Assembly: GCF_001457615.1 (NCBI RefSeq)
Contig: NZ_LN831024.1
Location: 870,001 to 902,000 of the forward strand
Direction of reading: 5' to 3'
DNA length: 32,000 nt
Source of the DNA: Pseudomonas aeruginosa
Lineage (GTDB): Bacteria; Pseudomonadota; Gammaproteobacteria; Pseudomonadales; Pseudomonadaceae
A program made the translations under genes and the position numbers. The notes beneath the pieces are model-generated. The model saw only the letters and a list, made by a program, of their open reading frames with translations. It did not search any database and was not told the DNA's origin. Positions 1 to 10,028 of the stretch are shown in pieces. Each line of letters opens with the position of its first letter. The first letter of the stretch is position 1.

Positions 1-650
1 TAGGTGGCGGCGGTGAAGAACAGCACCCAGAACAGGCTTTCCAGGTCCAGCTGGAAGCTGAACAGGTCGGCCACCAGCGGCCGCACCGGAGTGAAGTAGC
101 CGATGAAGGTGATCGCCGTGACCAGGCTCACACCCAGCCACAGCGCGTGCTTGGCCGTTTTGCGCAAGAGCTTGGCGGCGCTCGCCGGACCCTGGTCGAG
201 CTTGATCCGCGCATTGCGGTCGCCCTCGGTGACCTTCTCGCACCACATGAACACCCAGGTCCACACGCTCTGCGGGCAGGTATAGCCGCACCAGACGCGG
301 CCGGCGAACACGGTGATGAAGAACAGGCCGAAGGCGGCGATGATCAGCAGCGCCGAGAGCAGGATGAAGTCCTGCGGCCAGAAGGTCGCGCCGAAAATGT
401 AGAACTTGCGTTCGGGCAGGTCCCAGAGCACCGCCTGGCGGCCGTTCCAGTTCAGCCACAGGGTGCCGAAGAACAGCAGGAACAGCAGGCCGCCGCCGAG
501 GCGGCGGAAGTTGCGGAACAGACCGGTGAAGCTGCGGGTGTAGATCGGGCCGTTCACCGCCGACGGCAGCTTGCCGGGCGCGGGCGGCTGTTTCGACGGA
601 GCGGCCGGTGCGGCGGGCTCGACCTGGATCGCGGGAATTCTTTCGCTCAT
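1..650 (-). CDS. CcoG/FixG/RdxA-type membrane-bound iron-sulfur protein, N-terminal part (gene runs off the left edge)
   Basis: Absent from the ORF track because no stop codon lies in the window. My translation of the reverse strand from the ATG at 650-648 gives MSERIPAIQVEPAAPAAPSKQPPAPGKLPSAVNGPIYTRSFTGLFRNFRRLGGGLLFLLFFGTLWLNWNGRQAVLWDLPERKFYIFGATFWPQDFILLSALLIIAAFGLFFITVFAGRVWCGYTCPQSVWTWVFMWCEKVTEGDRNARIKLD... It stays open to position 1 and has strong G/C third-position bias. The TM - WxDLPxRKFxxFG - TM - GRVWCGYxCPQ layout is the conserved CcoG/FixG N-terminus. Position fits the PAO1 PA4131 neighbourhood. Confidence 0.75.
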   Translation of the reverse strand, partial: MSERIPAIQVEPAAPAAPSKQPPAPGKLPSAVNGPIYTRSFTGLFRNFRRLGGGLLFLLFFGTLWLNWNGRQAVLWDLPERKFYIFGATFWPQDFILLSALLIIAAFGLFFITVFAGRVWCGYTCPQSVWTWVFMWCEKVTEGDRNARIKLDQGPASAAKLLRKTAKHALWLGVSLVTAITFIGYFTPVRPLVADLFSFQLDLESLFWVLFFTAAT

Positions 651-1046
651 TTTTCGTAGGCCCATCAGGCTGGAGAGGCGGTTGCGACTATAGGAACCGG
701 CTGATGGGCGAAACAGCGGCAGATCGAGCGGGAAAAACCGTATCAGATGCCTCCGGAAAGCAGCGGCCCAGCATTGCCGCGGGTTGCCGGGCGACCTCGG
801 GCAGTACAGATATGCGCCCCGTGGCAACCGGTCGCAGGCGGCACGAATTCGCCGCCGTCGGCCATCTGATGTGTTTTTTTCGGCGGAATCTGCCGCTGTT
901 TCGCTGTCTGTACGCGGGCGATAGTGGGTGCCAGTGAACACCGGCCCATCCTGTCGCCAGAAACAGGGGCGCAGCCGGTCCCCGGTTTCTTCGCCACGCA
1001 CCCTGCCCGTCATCGGTGGAGAAACCCTGTCGATGAGGGCTTTGCG

Positions 1047-2720
1047 ATGTACCAGTACGACGAATACGACCAGGCGCTGGTGAGCGAGCGGGTGGCGCAG
1101 TTCCGCGACCAGATCGCCCGCCGCCTCGACGGCGAACTGAGCGAGGAGGAGTTCCTCCCGCTGCGCCTGCAGAACGGCCTGTACCTGCAGAAGCACGCCT
1201 ACATGCTGCGCGTGGCGATTCCCTACGGCACCCTCTCGTCGCCGCAACTGCGCGCCTTGGCGCACGTCGCCCGGCACTACGACCGCGGCTACGGGCACTT
1301 CACCACGCGGCAGAACATCCAGTTCAACTGGATCGAACTGGAGCAGGTCGGCGATATCCTCGAACACCTCGCCGGCGCGCAGATGCATGCGATCCAGACC
1401 TCCGGCAACTGCGTGCGCAACATCACCACCGAAGCCTTCGCCGGGGTCGCCGCGGACGAATGGACCGACCCCCGGCCGCTGGCCGAGATCCTGCGCCAGT
1501 GGTCGACGGTGAACCCGGAGTTCCTGTTCCTCCCGCGCAAGTTCAAGATCGCCCTCAGTTCGGCGGTGGAAGACCGCGCCGCGGTGCAGATGCACGACAT
1601 CGGCCTGTACCTTTACCGCCACCCCGACGCCGGCGAGTTGCGCCTGCGGGTCCTGGTCGGCGGCGGCCTGGGACGCACGCCGATGCTCGGCCAGGTGATC
1701 CGCGACGACCTGCCCTGGCAGCACCTGTTGTCCTACGTCGAGGCGATCCTGCGGGTCTACAACCGCTACGGCCGGCGCGACAACAAGTACAAGGCGCGGA
1801 TCAAGATCCTGGTCAAGGCGCTGGGCATCGAGGCTTTCGCCCGCGAGGTGGAGGAAGAGTGGCAGCACCTGCGCGACGGCCCGGCGCAACTGACTGCCGA
1901 GGAGTGCCAGCGGGTCGCCGAGCGCTTCGTATTGCCGCGCTACCTGCCGCCGGCCGGCGGCGAGCTGGCCTACGGCAGCGCCCGTGCGGCCGATCCGGCC
2001 TTCGCCCGCTGGGCCTCGCGCAACGTCCAGGCGCACAAGGTGCCGGGCTACGCCTCGGTGGTGCTGTCGACCAAGCCCGGCGCCAGCGCGCCGCCGGGCG
2101 ACGTCACCGCGGAGCAGATGGAACGTGTCGCCGACTGGGCCGAGCGCTACGGTTTCGGCGAGATCCGTGTGGCCCACGAACAGAACCTGGTGCTCCCCGA
2201 CGTGCGCCTGGAGAACCTCCACGCGCTGTGGCGCGAGGCCTGCGCAGCCGGCCTCGGCACGCCTAACCAAGGCCTGCTCAGCGACATCATCGCCTGTCCC
2301 GGCGGCGACTACTGCGCGCTGGCCAACGCCAAGTCGATCCCCATCGCCCAGGGTATCCAGCAGCGCTTCGAGGACCTCGACCACCTGCACGACATCGGCG
2401 AGCTTAGCCTGAACATCTCCGGCTGCATGAACGCCTGCGGCCACCACCACATCGGCAACATCGGCATCCTCGGCGTCGACAAGAACGGCAGCGAGTGGTA
2501 CCAGGTCACCCTCGGCGGCGCCCAGGGCAAGGACAGCGCGCTGGGCAAGGTGATCGGGCCATCGTTCAGCGCTGCCGAGGTGCCGGCGGTGATCGAACGG
2601 ATCGTCGAAACCTTCACCGACCTGCGGGTCGGCCCGGAACGTTTCATCGACACCTTCAACCGGGTCGGCCTGGAGCCGTTCAAGGCCCGGGTCTACGCCA
2701 GGATGGAGGAACCGGCATGA
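1047..2720 (+). CDS. nirA: Sulfite/nitrite reductase hemoprotein (siroheme + 4Fe-4S, CysI/NirA family; PA4130-like)
   Basis: The 924..2720 ORF is trimmed to the ATG at 1047 (MYQYDEYDQALVSERV...), which has GAGGG 7 nt upstream. The translation carries the family Cys cluster CPGGDYC (C-x5-C) and SGCMNACGHHH (C-x3-C). Two nitrite/sulfite-reductase ferredoxin-like half domains are present, with high GC3. Confidence 0.9.
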   Translation: MYQYDEYDQALVSERVAQFRDQIARRLDGELSEEEFLPLRLQNGLYLQKHAYMLRVAIPYGTLSSPQLRALAHVARHYDRGYGHFTTRQNIQFNWIELEQVGDILEHLAGAQMHAIQTSGNCVRNITTEAFAGVAADEWTDPRPLAEILRQWSTVNPEFLFLPRKFKIALSSAVEDRAAVQMHDIGLYLYRHPDAGELRLRVLVGGGLGRTPMLGQVIRDDLPWQHLLSYVEAILRVYNRYGRRDNKYKARIKILVKALGIEAFAREVEEEWQHLRDGPAQLTAEECQRVAERFVLPRYLPPAGGELAYGSARAADPAFARWASRNVQAHKVPGYASVVLSTKPGASAPPGDVTAEQMERVADWAERYGFGEIRVAHEQNLVLPDVRLENLHALWREACAAGLGTPNQGLLSDIIACPGGDYCALANAKSIPIAQGIQQRFEDLDHLHDIGELSLNISGCMNACGHHHIGNIGILGVDKNGSEWYQVTLGGAQGKDSALGKVIGPSFSAAEVPAVIERIVETFTDLRVGPERFIDTFNRVGLEPFKARVYARMEEPA

Positions 2721-3205
2721 ACAACCTGATCCGTTTGCGCGATGGCGTCGCCGAGGTCTGCCGCGACGATCCCTGGCAACTCCTGCGCGAGTTGCCCGAC
2801 GCGCTGCCGCCGGGGCCGTTGCTGCTGCCTCTGGCGGCCTGGCTGGAGCGCCGCGGCGAGGCCGGAGCCGCCGCGCCCTGGCTGGCGCCGGACGATGAGG
2901 TGGAGGCCTTGCTGCCGCACTTCGCCGAGCTGCCGCTGATCGCCGTCGACTTCCCCAGCTTCCGCGACGGTCGTGGCTACAGCCTGGCCTACCTGCTGCG
3001 CGTGCGCCTGGGGTGGAGCGGCGAGTTGCGCGCAGTGGGCGACGTGTTGCGCGACCAGCTCAGCCATATGCGCCAGTGCGGCTTCGATGCCTTCGCGGTG
3101 CGCGAGGACAAGAACGTCGAGGATGCGCTCAAGGGGCTGGCGGGCTTGAGCGTGCTCTACGGCCGCTCGGCGATCGAGCCGCGACCGTTGTTCCGCCGAC
3201 GCTAG
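2717..3205 (+). CDS. DUF934-family protein, the usual partner of CysI-type reductases (PA4129-like)
   Basis: Internal start MNNLIRLRDGVAEV... within ORF 2495..3205. The ATG at 2717 overlaps the reductase stop as ATGA (2717-2720), indicating translational coupling. FPSFRDGRGYSLAYLLRVRLGWSGELRAVGDVLRDQLSHMRQCGFDAF is the DUF934 core. Confidence 0.8.
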   Translation: MNNLIRLRDGVAEVCRDDPWQLLRELPDALPPGPLLLPLAAWLERRGEAGAAAPWLAPDDEVEALLPHFAELPLIAVDFPSFRDGRGYSLAYLLRVRLGWSGELRAVGDVLRDQLSHMRQCGFDAFAVREDKNVEDALKGLAGLSVLYGRSAIEPRPLFRRR

Positions 3206-3252
3206 GCATACGCCCCCGGACCGACGCCGATACCTGCCGCAACGCCGACCTG

Positions 3253-3279
3253 GCCCCTCTCCCGCAGCGGGAGCGGGGC
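3253..3279. terminator. GC-rich hairpin between convergent genes (candidate bidirectional terminator)
   Basis: GCCCCTCTCCCGC (3253-3265) pairs with GCGGGAGCGGGGC (3267-3279) with one mismatch. It sits between the DUF934 stop (3205) and the hpaI stop (3287). There is no clear U-tract. Confidence 0.35.
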
Positions 3280-3286
3280 GCACCCC

Positions 3287-4093
3287 TCAGCCGTAGACCG
3301 AGGAACTGGCGGACGGCGCCGGCGCGCCGCCCTTGAAGCGCCCCGCCAGCTCGCGCAGCGAACGCATCAGCAGGCTGGTGTCCACGCCCACCGCGACGAA
3401 CGCGCAGCCCAGCTCCAGGTAGCGCCGCGCCAGTGTCTCGTCGGCGGAGAGGATGCCGGCGGCCTTGCCGGCCGTGCGGATGCGGTGGATGGCGTCCTCT
3501 ATGGCCGCCTGCACCTCGGGATGGCCTGGATTGCCGCGATGGCCCATGGCTGCGCTGAGGTCGGCCGGACCGATGAACACGCCGTCGACGCCCTCGACGG
3601 CGGCGATCGCGTCGAGGTTGGCCAGGCCCTCCAGGTTTTCCACCTGGACCAGCAGGCACATCTGCTCGTCGGCGTGGTTCAGGTACTCCGCCACGCTGTT
3701 CCAGCGCGAGGCCCGGGCCAGCGCACTGCCGACCCCGCGTACGCCCGCCGGCGGATAGCGCACGGCGCGCACCAGCCCTTCGGCCTGGGCGGCGCTGTCG
3801 ACCATCGGTACCAGCAGGGTCTGCGCGCCGATGTCGAGCAATTGCTTGATCAGCGCAGTGTCGCCCTGCACCGGGCGGATCACCGGCTGGCCGGGGTAGG
3901 GCGCCAGCGCCTGCAACTGGCCGAGCAGGCTGCGCAGGTCGTTGGGCGCGTGCTCGCCGTCCAGCAGCAGCCAGTCGAAGCCGGCGTTGGCGGCCAGCTC
4001 CGCGCAGTAGGGATCGGCCAGGCCGAGCCACAGGCCGATCTGCGCCTCGCCGCTGCGCAGGCGTTGCTTGAAGCGATTGACGGGCAGGTCCAT
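3287..4093 (-). CDS. hpaI: 4-hydroxy-2-oxoheptanedioate (2,4-dihydroxyhept-2-ene-1,7-dioate) aldolase, HpcH/HpaI family
   Basis: 268 aa. [52 protein letters not shown] is the typical HpaI N-terminus. It is the last gene of the hpa meta-cleavage operon, 12 nt after hpaH. Confidence 0.93.
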   Translation of the reverse strand: MDLPVNRFKQRLRSGEAQIGLWLGLADPYCAELAANAGFDWLLLDGEHAPNDLRSLLGQLQALAPYPGQPVIRPVQGDTALIKQLLDIGAQTLLVPMVDSAAQAEGLVRAVRYPPAGVRGVGSALARASRWNSVAEYLNHADEQMCLLVQVENLEGLANLDAIAAVEGVDGVFIGPADLSAAMGHRGNPGHPEVQAAIEDAIHRIRTAGKAAGILSADETLARRYLELGCAFVAVGVDTSLLMRSLRELAGRFKGGAPAPSASSSVYG

Positions 4094-4105
4094 GGAAATG
4101 CCTCC

Positions 4106-4909
4106 TCAGACGAAACGGCAGGAGATGCTGCCGAGCAGGTCGTAGTCGACGTGGAAGGTGTCCCCCGGCGCGGCCGCCACCGGGCGGGTGAAGGAGCCGC
4201 CGAGGATCACCTGGCCGGCCTCCAGGCAGACGCCGTAGGGCGCCAGCTTGTTGGCCAGCCAGGCGACGCCCTTGGCCGGGTGGTTGAGCACCGCGGCGGA
4301 GACGCCAGACTCCTCGATCACGCCATTGCGGTAGAGGATCGCCGGTACCCGCCGCAGGTCGATATCGCCTGGCCGCACGGCCCGGCCGCCCATCACCACG
4401 CCGGCGTTGGCGGCGTTGTCGGAGATGGTGTCGAAGACCTTGCGCGTGACTTTCGTTTGCGGGTCGACCTGCTGGATGCGCGCATCGATGATTTCCAGCG
4501 CCGGGATCACCCACTCGGTGGCCTCGAGCACGTCGAACAGGGTGCAGCCCGGTCCCTTCAGCGGCTTGCCGAGGATGAACGCCAGCTCCACCTCGACCCG
4601 CGGCACGATGAAGCGCTGGAAGGGGATGTCGCTGCCCTCCTCGAAGAACATGTCGTCGAGCAAGGCGCCGTAGTCCGGCTCGCTGATGTTCGACGAGACC
4701 TGCATGGCGCGCGAGGTCAGGCCGATCTTGTGGCCCTTGAGCACGCGCCCGTCGGCGATCTTGCGCTCGACCCAGGCGCGCTGGATGGCGTAGGCGTCCT
4801 CGATGGCGATGTCCGGGTAGTCGAGGGAGAACTGCCTTACCTGCTGGCGCGAGCGTTCGGCGGCGTCGAGGCGGTTGGCGGCTTCCTGGATCAGACGGGG
4901 ATCGAGCAT
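4106..4909 (-). CDS. hpaH: 2-oxohept-3-enedioate hydratase (HpaH/HpcG)
   Basis: Internal start [28 protein letters not shown]... (ATG complement at 4909-4907) within the over-long ORF 4106..5674, giving 267 aa. MhpD/HpcG hydratase family sequence ([13 protein letters not shown]..., [12 protein letters not shown]). Confidence 0.92.
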   Translation of the reverse strand: MLDPRLIQEAANRLDAAERSRQQVRQFSLDYPDIAIEDAYAIQRAWVERKIADGRVLKGHKIGLTSRAMQVSSNISEPDYGALLDDMFFEEGSDIPFQRFIVPRVEVELAFILGKPLKGPGCTLFDVLEATEWVIPALEIIDARIQQVDPQTKVTRKVFDTISDNAANAGVVMGGRAVRPGDIDLRRVPAILYRNGVIEESGVSAAVLNHPAKGVAWLANKLAPYGVCLEAGQVILGGSFTRPVAAAPGDTFHVDYDLLGSISCRFV

Positions 4910-4926
4910 GGTCGGGGTCTCTCGGT

Positions 4927-6231
4927 TCAGCGTGGGTTGACCACGGCGGCGGGGGTCCGCAGGACCAGGCCGGCGCCGAGGGCGATGAGGATGGCCAGCA
5001 GGTACAGGGCCAGGCTGGCGCTCTGGGTGGTGTCGCGCATCCAGCCGATCAGGTAGGGCGCGAGGAAGGCGGCGATGCTGCCGAAGGAACTGATCAGGGC
5101 GATTCCGGCGGCCAGGGTGGCGCTGGAAAGGAAGGCCGGCGGCAGTTGCCAGAACATCGGCAGGGCGGCGCTGGCGCCCATCCCGGCGATCACCAGGCCG
5201 CCCATCACCAGCCAGGCGCTGGTCGGCGCCAGGGCCGCCAGGCTGAGCCCGGCGGCGGCCATCAGCAACGGAATGCCCAGGTGCCAGCGGCGCTCGCGCA
5301 GGCGGTCGGAGGAACGGCCGATGAAGATCATGAAGGCGCAGCCGGCGAGATAGGGCACCGCGCTGAGCATGCCGATGCGGCTGTCCTGGGCGATGCCGGC
5401 GCCATGGATCAGGCTCGGCATCCAGAACGCGATGGTGTTCACCGCCAGCATCACCGCGAAATAGATCGCCACCAGCAGCCACACCTGCGGATTGCTGAAG
5501 ATGCCGGAGAAGGAGGTGATGGTCTTGCGCTGCTCCTCGCCGGCCAGTTCCTCGCGCAGCAGGTGCTTCTGTTCGTCGCTGAGCCACGTCACCCGTTCGA
5601 AGCTTTCCGGCAGCGAGCACCAGACCACCACGCCGAGCAACACAACCGGCAGGCCTTCGATCAGGAACATCCACTGCCAGCCGCGCAGTCCGAGGGCATC
5701 ATGGAAGCCTTCTAGGATCCAGCCCGAAAGCGGTCCGCCGATCACCCCGGCCATGGGCACGGCGATGGCGAACAGAGCGGTGATCTGCCCGCGTCGGCGC
5801 GCCGGGAACCAACGGTTCAGGTAGACCAGGATACCGGGGAAGAAGCCGGCCTCGGCGACCCCCAGGAGAAAGCGCAGCAGGTAGAAGCCGCGCGCGGTCT
5901 CCACCAGCAGCATGGCGGTGGAGAGACAGCCCCAGACCAGCATCAGGCAGGCGATCCAGCGGCGCGGGCCGATCCGTTCCAGCATCAGGTTGCTGGGCAG
6001 GCCGAACAGCGCATAGGCGATGAAGAACAGCCCGGCGCCGAGACCGTAGACGGTGTCGCTGAAGTGCAGGTCGGCGCTCATCTGCAACTTGGCGAAACCG
6101 ATGTTGATGCGGTCCAGATGGGCGAAGACGTAGCACACCAGCAGCAGCGGCATCAGCCGCCAGGTGACGCGGTCGTGGGTGCTGTCGCTGAGAGGCAGGG
6201 TGGTGCTGTTCAGGGTGCTGGCTGTGCTCAT
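4927..6231 (-). CDS. hpaX: MFS (anion:cation symporter type) 4-hydroxyphenylacetate permease
   Basis: 434 aa with about 12 hydrophobic segments. MFS motifs are present ([16 protein letters not shown]). It is embedded in the hpa operon between hpaF and hpaH. Confidence 0.9.
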   Translation of the reverse strand: MSTASTLNSTTLPLSDSTHDRVTWRLMPLLLVCYVFAHLDRINIGFAKLQMSADLHFSDTVYGLGAGLFFIAYALFGLPSNLMLERIGPRRWIACLMLVWGCLSTAMLLVETARGFYLLRFLLGVAEAGFFPGILVYLNRWFPARRRGQITALFAIAVPMAGVIGGPLSGWILEGFHDALGLRGWQWMFLIEGLPVVLLGVVVWCSLPESFERVTWLSDEQKHLLREELAGEEQRKTITSFSGIFSNPQVWLLVAIYFAVMLAVNTIAFWMPSLIHGAGIAQDSRIGMLSAVPYLAGCAFMIFIGRSSDRLRERRWHLGIPLLMAAAGLSLAALAPTSAWLVMGGLVIAGMGASAALPMFWQLPPAFLSSATLAAGIALISSFGSIAAFLAPYLIGWMRDTTQSASLALYLLAILIALGAGLVLRTPAAVVNPR

Positions 6232-6323
6232 GATCTTGTACTTTTTGTGAGCGCCCGGACGTCCCGGCGACCTGTCGGTGGCCGGGAGGCGAGCTGGGTG
6301 AGTGCAGCGTTATGGCGGGCTGG

Positions 6324-6716
6324 TCAGTCCGCCGGGTTGTTCAGGAATTCATGCACGTTGTTGCGCTTGTAGTTCAGCTCCGCGTCCAGTTCGGTGAGTT
6401 CGAAGGACAGCGCCAGCAGGCGTCGCGCCTGGAGCTCGGCGAAGTGCGCGGTGATCACCTCGAAAAGTGCCTCGGCGACTTGCCGGCGAGTCTCCAGGTC
6501 GCGACCGGCGCCGACTTTCAGGGTCATGTGGACGAAGGCGTAGTCGTGCCTGCCGTCGGCCATGCGCCAGGTGTCCAGGCGCACGCCGCGGCTGCGGATG
6601 CCGCCGAGCGGGAAAACGCCGCTGGCGCCGAGGCAGGCGTGGACCTTCTCGAACAGGCCGGGCAGGTCGGCTTCGGCTTCGATGTTGTCGGTGTATTCGG
6701 CGATGAAGTGCGGCAT
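6324..6716 (-). CDS. hpaF: 5-carboxymethyl-2-hydroxymuconate isomerase
   Basis: 130 aa, MPHFIAEYTDNIEAEADLPGLFEKVHACL...: the CHM isomerase (HpcD/HpaF) family N-terminus and size. It lies 10 nt downstream of hpaD. Confidence 0.9.
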   Translation of the reverse strand: MPHFIAEYTDNIEAEADLPGLFEKVHACLGASGVFPLGGIRSRGVRLDTWRMADGRHDYAFVHMTLKVGAGRDLETRRQVAEALFEVITAHFAELQARRLLALSFELTELDAELNYKRNNVHEFLNNPAD

Positions 6717-6726
6717 GGTGGCGTCC

Positions 6727-7650
6727 TCAGAGGCGGCTGGCGCAACTGGCGCCGGCCGGGTTGCCGGCCTGGGCGGCGGGGATCGCCGAGCCGTCCTGGG
6801 CGGTGACCGGGAATACCGCGTTGATCTGCCCGGTGCCGGAGGAGCCGAAGTAGGGCGTCACGACCTCCGCCTTGCCGTCGTAGGCCGACCAGCCGAGGGC
6901 GCCGAGGAGCATCGCGGTGTCGTGCATGAAGCCTTCGCCATGGCCCTTGGAGGCGTACTCGGGGAGCATCCCGCAGAACTCGGCCCAGCGGCCCTCCTGC
7001 CACATCTGCACGACTTCATGATCGAGAACCTCGAGGAACGGGCTCCAGATGCGGTCGGAGAAGTCCGGCGCCTGGCCGTTCTGGGCGAAGCGGTGGGACA
7101 GCGAGCCGCTGGCGAGGAACGCCACCGTGCCGTCGTAGTGCTCTTCCACCGCCTTGCGCATGGCCCAGCCCAGGCGCGCGCTGTCGTTCAGGTAATGCAC
7201 GGTGCACAGGGCGGAGACCGAGACCACCTTGAAGTGGCGGTCCTGGTTCATGTAGCGCATCGGTACCAGGGTGCCGTACTCCGGGCCGAGGGTGGTGGCG
7301 TCGTGGGCCAGGGTCTCCACGCCGAGCGCGTTGCAGCCCTCGGCGAGGATGCGGCCCAGCTCCGGGTTGCCGGGGAAGCCGTACTCCATGTTGGCGATGA
7401 AGTGCGGCAACTCGTTGCTGGTGTAGAGCCCCTCGAAGTGCGGCGCGCAGTTGATGTGGTAGCCGGCGTTGACCAGCCAGTGGGTGTCGAACACCACGAT
7501 GGTGTCGACCCCCAGTTCGCGGCAGCGCCGGCCGATCTCGCGGTGCCCGTCGATCGCCGGCTGGCGGCAGCCGTGGCGCGGGCCGGGCAGCTCGGACAGG
7601 TACAGCGAGGGTACGTGGGTGATCTTGGCAGCCAGAGCGACTTTGCCCAT
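6727..7650 (-). CDS. hpaD: 3,4-dihydroxyphenylacetate (homoprotocatechuate) 2,3-dioxygenase, LigB-type extradiol dioxygenase
   Basis: Internal start MGKVALAAKITHVPSLYLSELPGPRHG... (ATG complement at 7650-7648) inside the over-long ORF 6727..8811, giving 307 aa. Class III extradiol dioxygenase sequence like E. coli HpaD. Confidence 0.9.
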   Translation of the reverse strand: MGKVALAAKITHVPSLYLSELPGPRHGCRQPAIDGHREIGRRCRELGVDTIVVFDTHWLVNAGYHINCAPHFEGLYTSNELPHFIANMEYGFPGNPELGRILAEGCNALGVETLAHDATTLGPEYGTLVPMRYMNQDRHFKVVSVSALCTVHYLNDSARLGWAMRKAVEEHYDGTVAFLASGSLSHRFAQNGQAPDFSDRIWSPFLEVLDHEVVQMWQEGRWAEFCGMLPEYASKGHGEGFMHDTAMLLGALGWSAYDGKAEVVTPYFGSSGTGQINAVFPVTAQDGSAIPAAQAGNPAGASCASRL

Positions 7651-7781
7651 GACGATTCTCCTGGTGGCCCGTTGGGCCTGGCAGCGGGCGCGGCCGTTGG
7701 CGGCTGGCCCGGATTCTTCTGATTGTGTCTGCACGCCGGCGCTGCTGGCGGCCTCGGGCGGCCGCTCTGCACGAGCGCGCC

Positions 7782-9242
7782 CTACACGCCCCAGCGGGGG
7801 ATGTGATGGCTGCCCATGGATATACACACGTTCTTGATCTCGGCGAATACCTCGAAGCTGTATTCCCCGCCTTCGCGTCCGGTGCCCGAGGCCTTCACCC
7901 CGCCGAACGGCTGGCGCAGGTCGCGCACGTTCTGGCTGTTGATGAAGACCATCCCGGCCTCGATGCCGCGTGCCAGGCGATGGGCCTTGCCGATGTCCTG
8001 GGTCCAGATGTAGGAGGCCAGGCCGTATTCCACGTCGTTGGCCAGGCGCAGCGCCTCGGCTTCGTCCTTGAACGGGATCAGGCAGACCACCGGGCCGAAG
8101 ATCTCCTCCTGGGCGATGCGCATGCGGTTGTCCACGTCGGCGAACACCGTGGGCTGGATGAACTGCCCCTTGCTCAGGTGCGCCGGCAGGCCGGCCGGAC
8201 GCTCCAGGCCGCCGGCCACCAGGGTGGCGCCTTCCTCGAGGCCGATGCGGATGTAGCCGGTGACCTTGTCGTAGTGGGCCTGGGTGATCATCGAGCCGAC
8301 CTGGGTCTTCGGGTCCTGCGGATCGCCGACGATCAGGCGCCTGGCGCGCGCGGAGAACTCGGCGACGAACTGCGGGTAGACGCTTTCCTGGACGAAGATG
8401 CGACTGCCGGCGGTGCAGCGCTCGCCGTTCAGCGAGAAGATGGTGAACAGAGCGGCGTCCAGCGCCCGCTCGAGGTCGGCGTCTTCGAAGACCAGCACCG
8501 GCGACTTGCCGCCCAGTTCCATCGAGTATTTCTTGATCCCGGCCGCCTCCATGATCCGTCGCCCGGTGGCGGTGCCGCCGGTGAAGGACACCGCGCGCAC
8601 GTCGCGGTGGCGAACCAGCGCGTCGCCGGCGCTGGCGCCGTAGCCCTGGACCACGTTGAACACCCCCGGCGGAATGCCCGCCTCGTGCACCAGGCGGCCC
8701 AGCTCGTTGGCGGTCAGCGGCGACAGCTCGGACATCTTCAGCACCGCCGTGTTGCCCAGCGCCAGGCACGGCGCGGTCTTCCAGGTGGCGGTCATGAACG
8801 GTACGTTCCACGGCGAGACCAGGCCGCAGACGCCCACCGGCTGGTACAGGGTGTAGTTGAGCATCTGGTCGTCGACCGGATAGCTGTGCCCGTTCATCCG
8901 CGTGCAGACTTCGGCGAAGAACTCGAAGTTGTGCGAGGCGCGCGGGATCAGTACGTTCTTCGTCTGGTGGATCGGCAGGCCGGTGTCGAGGGTCTCAAGT
9001 TCCGCCAGGTGCGGCACGTTCCGGTCGATCAGCTCGCCGAGCCGGCGCATCAGGCGCGCGCGCTCCTTGGCCGGGGTATTGGCCCATTTCGGGAAGGCTT
9101 CCCGGGCCGCCGCCACCGCCGCGTCGATTTCCGCCGCGCCGCCGCTGGCAACCTCGCCGATCAGCTCGCCGGTGGCCGGGTTGTAGTTCTCGAAGACGTC
9201 CTTGCTTTCGACCTCGCGGCCATTGATCCAGTGTTTGATCAT
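7782..9242 (-). CDS. hpaE: 5-carboxymethyl-2-hydroxymuconate semialdehyde dehydrogenase (NAD-dependent aldehyde dehydrogenase)
   Basis: Internal start MIKHWINGREVESKDVFENYNPATGE... (complement of 9242-9240), giving 486 aa. ALDH signatures ELGGKSP and FSLNGERCTAGSR (catalytic Cys) are present. The start overlaps the hpaG2 stop as ATGA. Confidence 0.93.
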   Translation of the reverse strand: MIKHWINGREVESKDVFENYNPATGELIGEVASGGAAEIDAAVAAAREAFPKWANTPAKERARLMRRLGELIDRNVPHLAELETLDTGLPIHQTKNVLIPRASHNFEFFAEVCTRMNGHSYPVDDQMLNYTLYQPVGVCGLVSPWNVPFMTATWKTAPCLALGNTAVLKMSELSPLTANELGRLVHEAGIPPGVFNVVQGYGASAGDALVRHRDVRAVSFTGGTATGRRIMEAAGIKKYSMELGGKSPVLVFEDADLERALDAALFTIFSLNGERCTAGSRIFVQESVYPQFVAEFSARARRLIVGDPQDPKTQVGSMITQAHYDKVTGYIRIGLEEGATLVAGGLERPAGLPAHLSKGQFIQPTVFADVDNRMRIAQEEIFGPVVCLIPFKDEAEALRLANDVEYGLASYIWTQDIGKAHRLARGIEAGMVFINSQNVRDLRQPFGGVKASGTGREGGEYSFEVFAEIKNVCISMGSHHIPRWGV

Positions 9243-10018
9243 TCTGCGTGCTCCTGTGCGCGGGCGCGGAAGAATTCGGCCTCGCTGACGATTCGGTTGA
9301 CCAGGCGACCGACGCCTTCCACCTCCACCACCACTTCGTCGCCGGGGACCACGTCGGACAGGCCTTCCGGGGTGCCGGTGGCGATCATGTCGCCCGGCTG
9401 CAGGGTCATGAAGCTGGAGAAGTATTCGATCAGGTAGGGAATGTCGAAGATCATGTCCGCGGTGCTGCCTTCCTGGCGCAGCTCGCCGTTGACCCAGGTG
9501 CGCAGGACCAGCCGGTTCGGCTCGGGAACCTCGGCCGCGTCGACGATCCACGGCCCCACCGGGGTGGTGGCGTCGCGGTTCTTCACCCGCAGGTTGGGCC
9601 GGTAGTAGTTCTCCAGGTAGTCGCGGATCGCGTAGTCGTTGCACACCGTGTAGCCGGCCAGGTAGCCGAGGGCGTCCTCGCGGCGGACGTTGCGCGCCGG
9701 CTTGCCGATCACCGCCACCAGTTCGCACTCGTAGTGCATGTAGTCGACGTTGTCCGGACGCCAACTGACCTGGCGGTGGCCGGTGTAGGTGCCCGGCGAC
9801 TTGATGAACGCCAGCGGTTCGCTGGGCGCCTTGAACGACAGTTCGGCGGCATGGTCGGCGTAGTTCAGGCCGAGGGCGAACATGCTCCCGGTGGCCGGCG
9901 GCAGCCACTCCACCCGGTCCTCGGCGAGCAGGGTGCCGTCGGCCAGGCGGACGGCGTTGGCGTCTTCCACGGTGACCTGGTGAACCCGGCCCTGGTAGCG
10001 GATGCGTGCGTGTTTCAT
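9239..10018 (-). CDS. hpaG2: Fumarylacetoacetate-hydrolase-family enzyme, homologous to the HpaG C-terminal domain (HHDD isomerase / OPET decarboxylase)
   Basis: 259 aa. FAH-fold sequence: MHYECELVAVIGKPARNV..., GDMIATGTPEGLSDVVPGDEVVVEVEGVGRLVNRIV. Second gene of the operon. Confidence 0.9.
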   Translation of the reverse strand: MKHARIRYQGRVHQVTVEDANAVRLADGTLLAEDRVEWLPPATGSMFALGLNYADHAAELSFKAPSEPLAFIKSPGTYTGHRQVSWRPDNVDYMHYECELVAVIGKPARNVRREDALGYLAGYTVCNDYAIRDYLENYYRPNLRVKNRDATTPVGPWIVDAAEVPEPNRLVLRTWVNGELRQEGSTADMIFDIPYLIEYFSSFMTLQPGDMIATGTPEGLSDVVPGDEVVVEVEGVGRLVNRIVSEAEFFRARAQEHAE

Positions 10019-10028
10019 GGTCGGTTCC

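Noticed and set aside
845-890. A T7 run with flanking GCCGCC/GGCGG arms in the CcoG-like / nirA intergenic region, considered as a terminator
   Set aside because: The stem is only 6 bp with a ~23-nt loop, and the T-run lies inside the loop rather than after the stem. No upstream gene needs terminating there.
924-1046. N-terminal extensions offered by the ORF track for nirA (924), hpaH (5674), hpaD (8811), hpaE (9908), the PpnN-like gene (17872), the MFS gene (18749) and the DUF2063 gene (30618)
   Set aside because: The extensions run into or across upstream genes or intergenic DNA. They have poor composition and precede internal starts that give family-typical N-termini with ribosome-binding sites or start/stop overlaps.
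7757-7781. REP-like sequence GGCGGCCGCTCTGCACGAGCGCGCCCTAC right after the hpaE stop, in the 131-nt hpaE-hpaD gap
   Set aside because: The arms pair only irregularly (about 5 clean base pairs plus bulges). Similarity to the REP consensus is limited to the CCCTAC tail. This is too weak to call.
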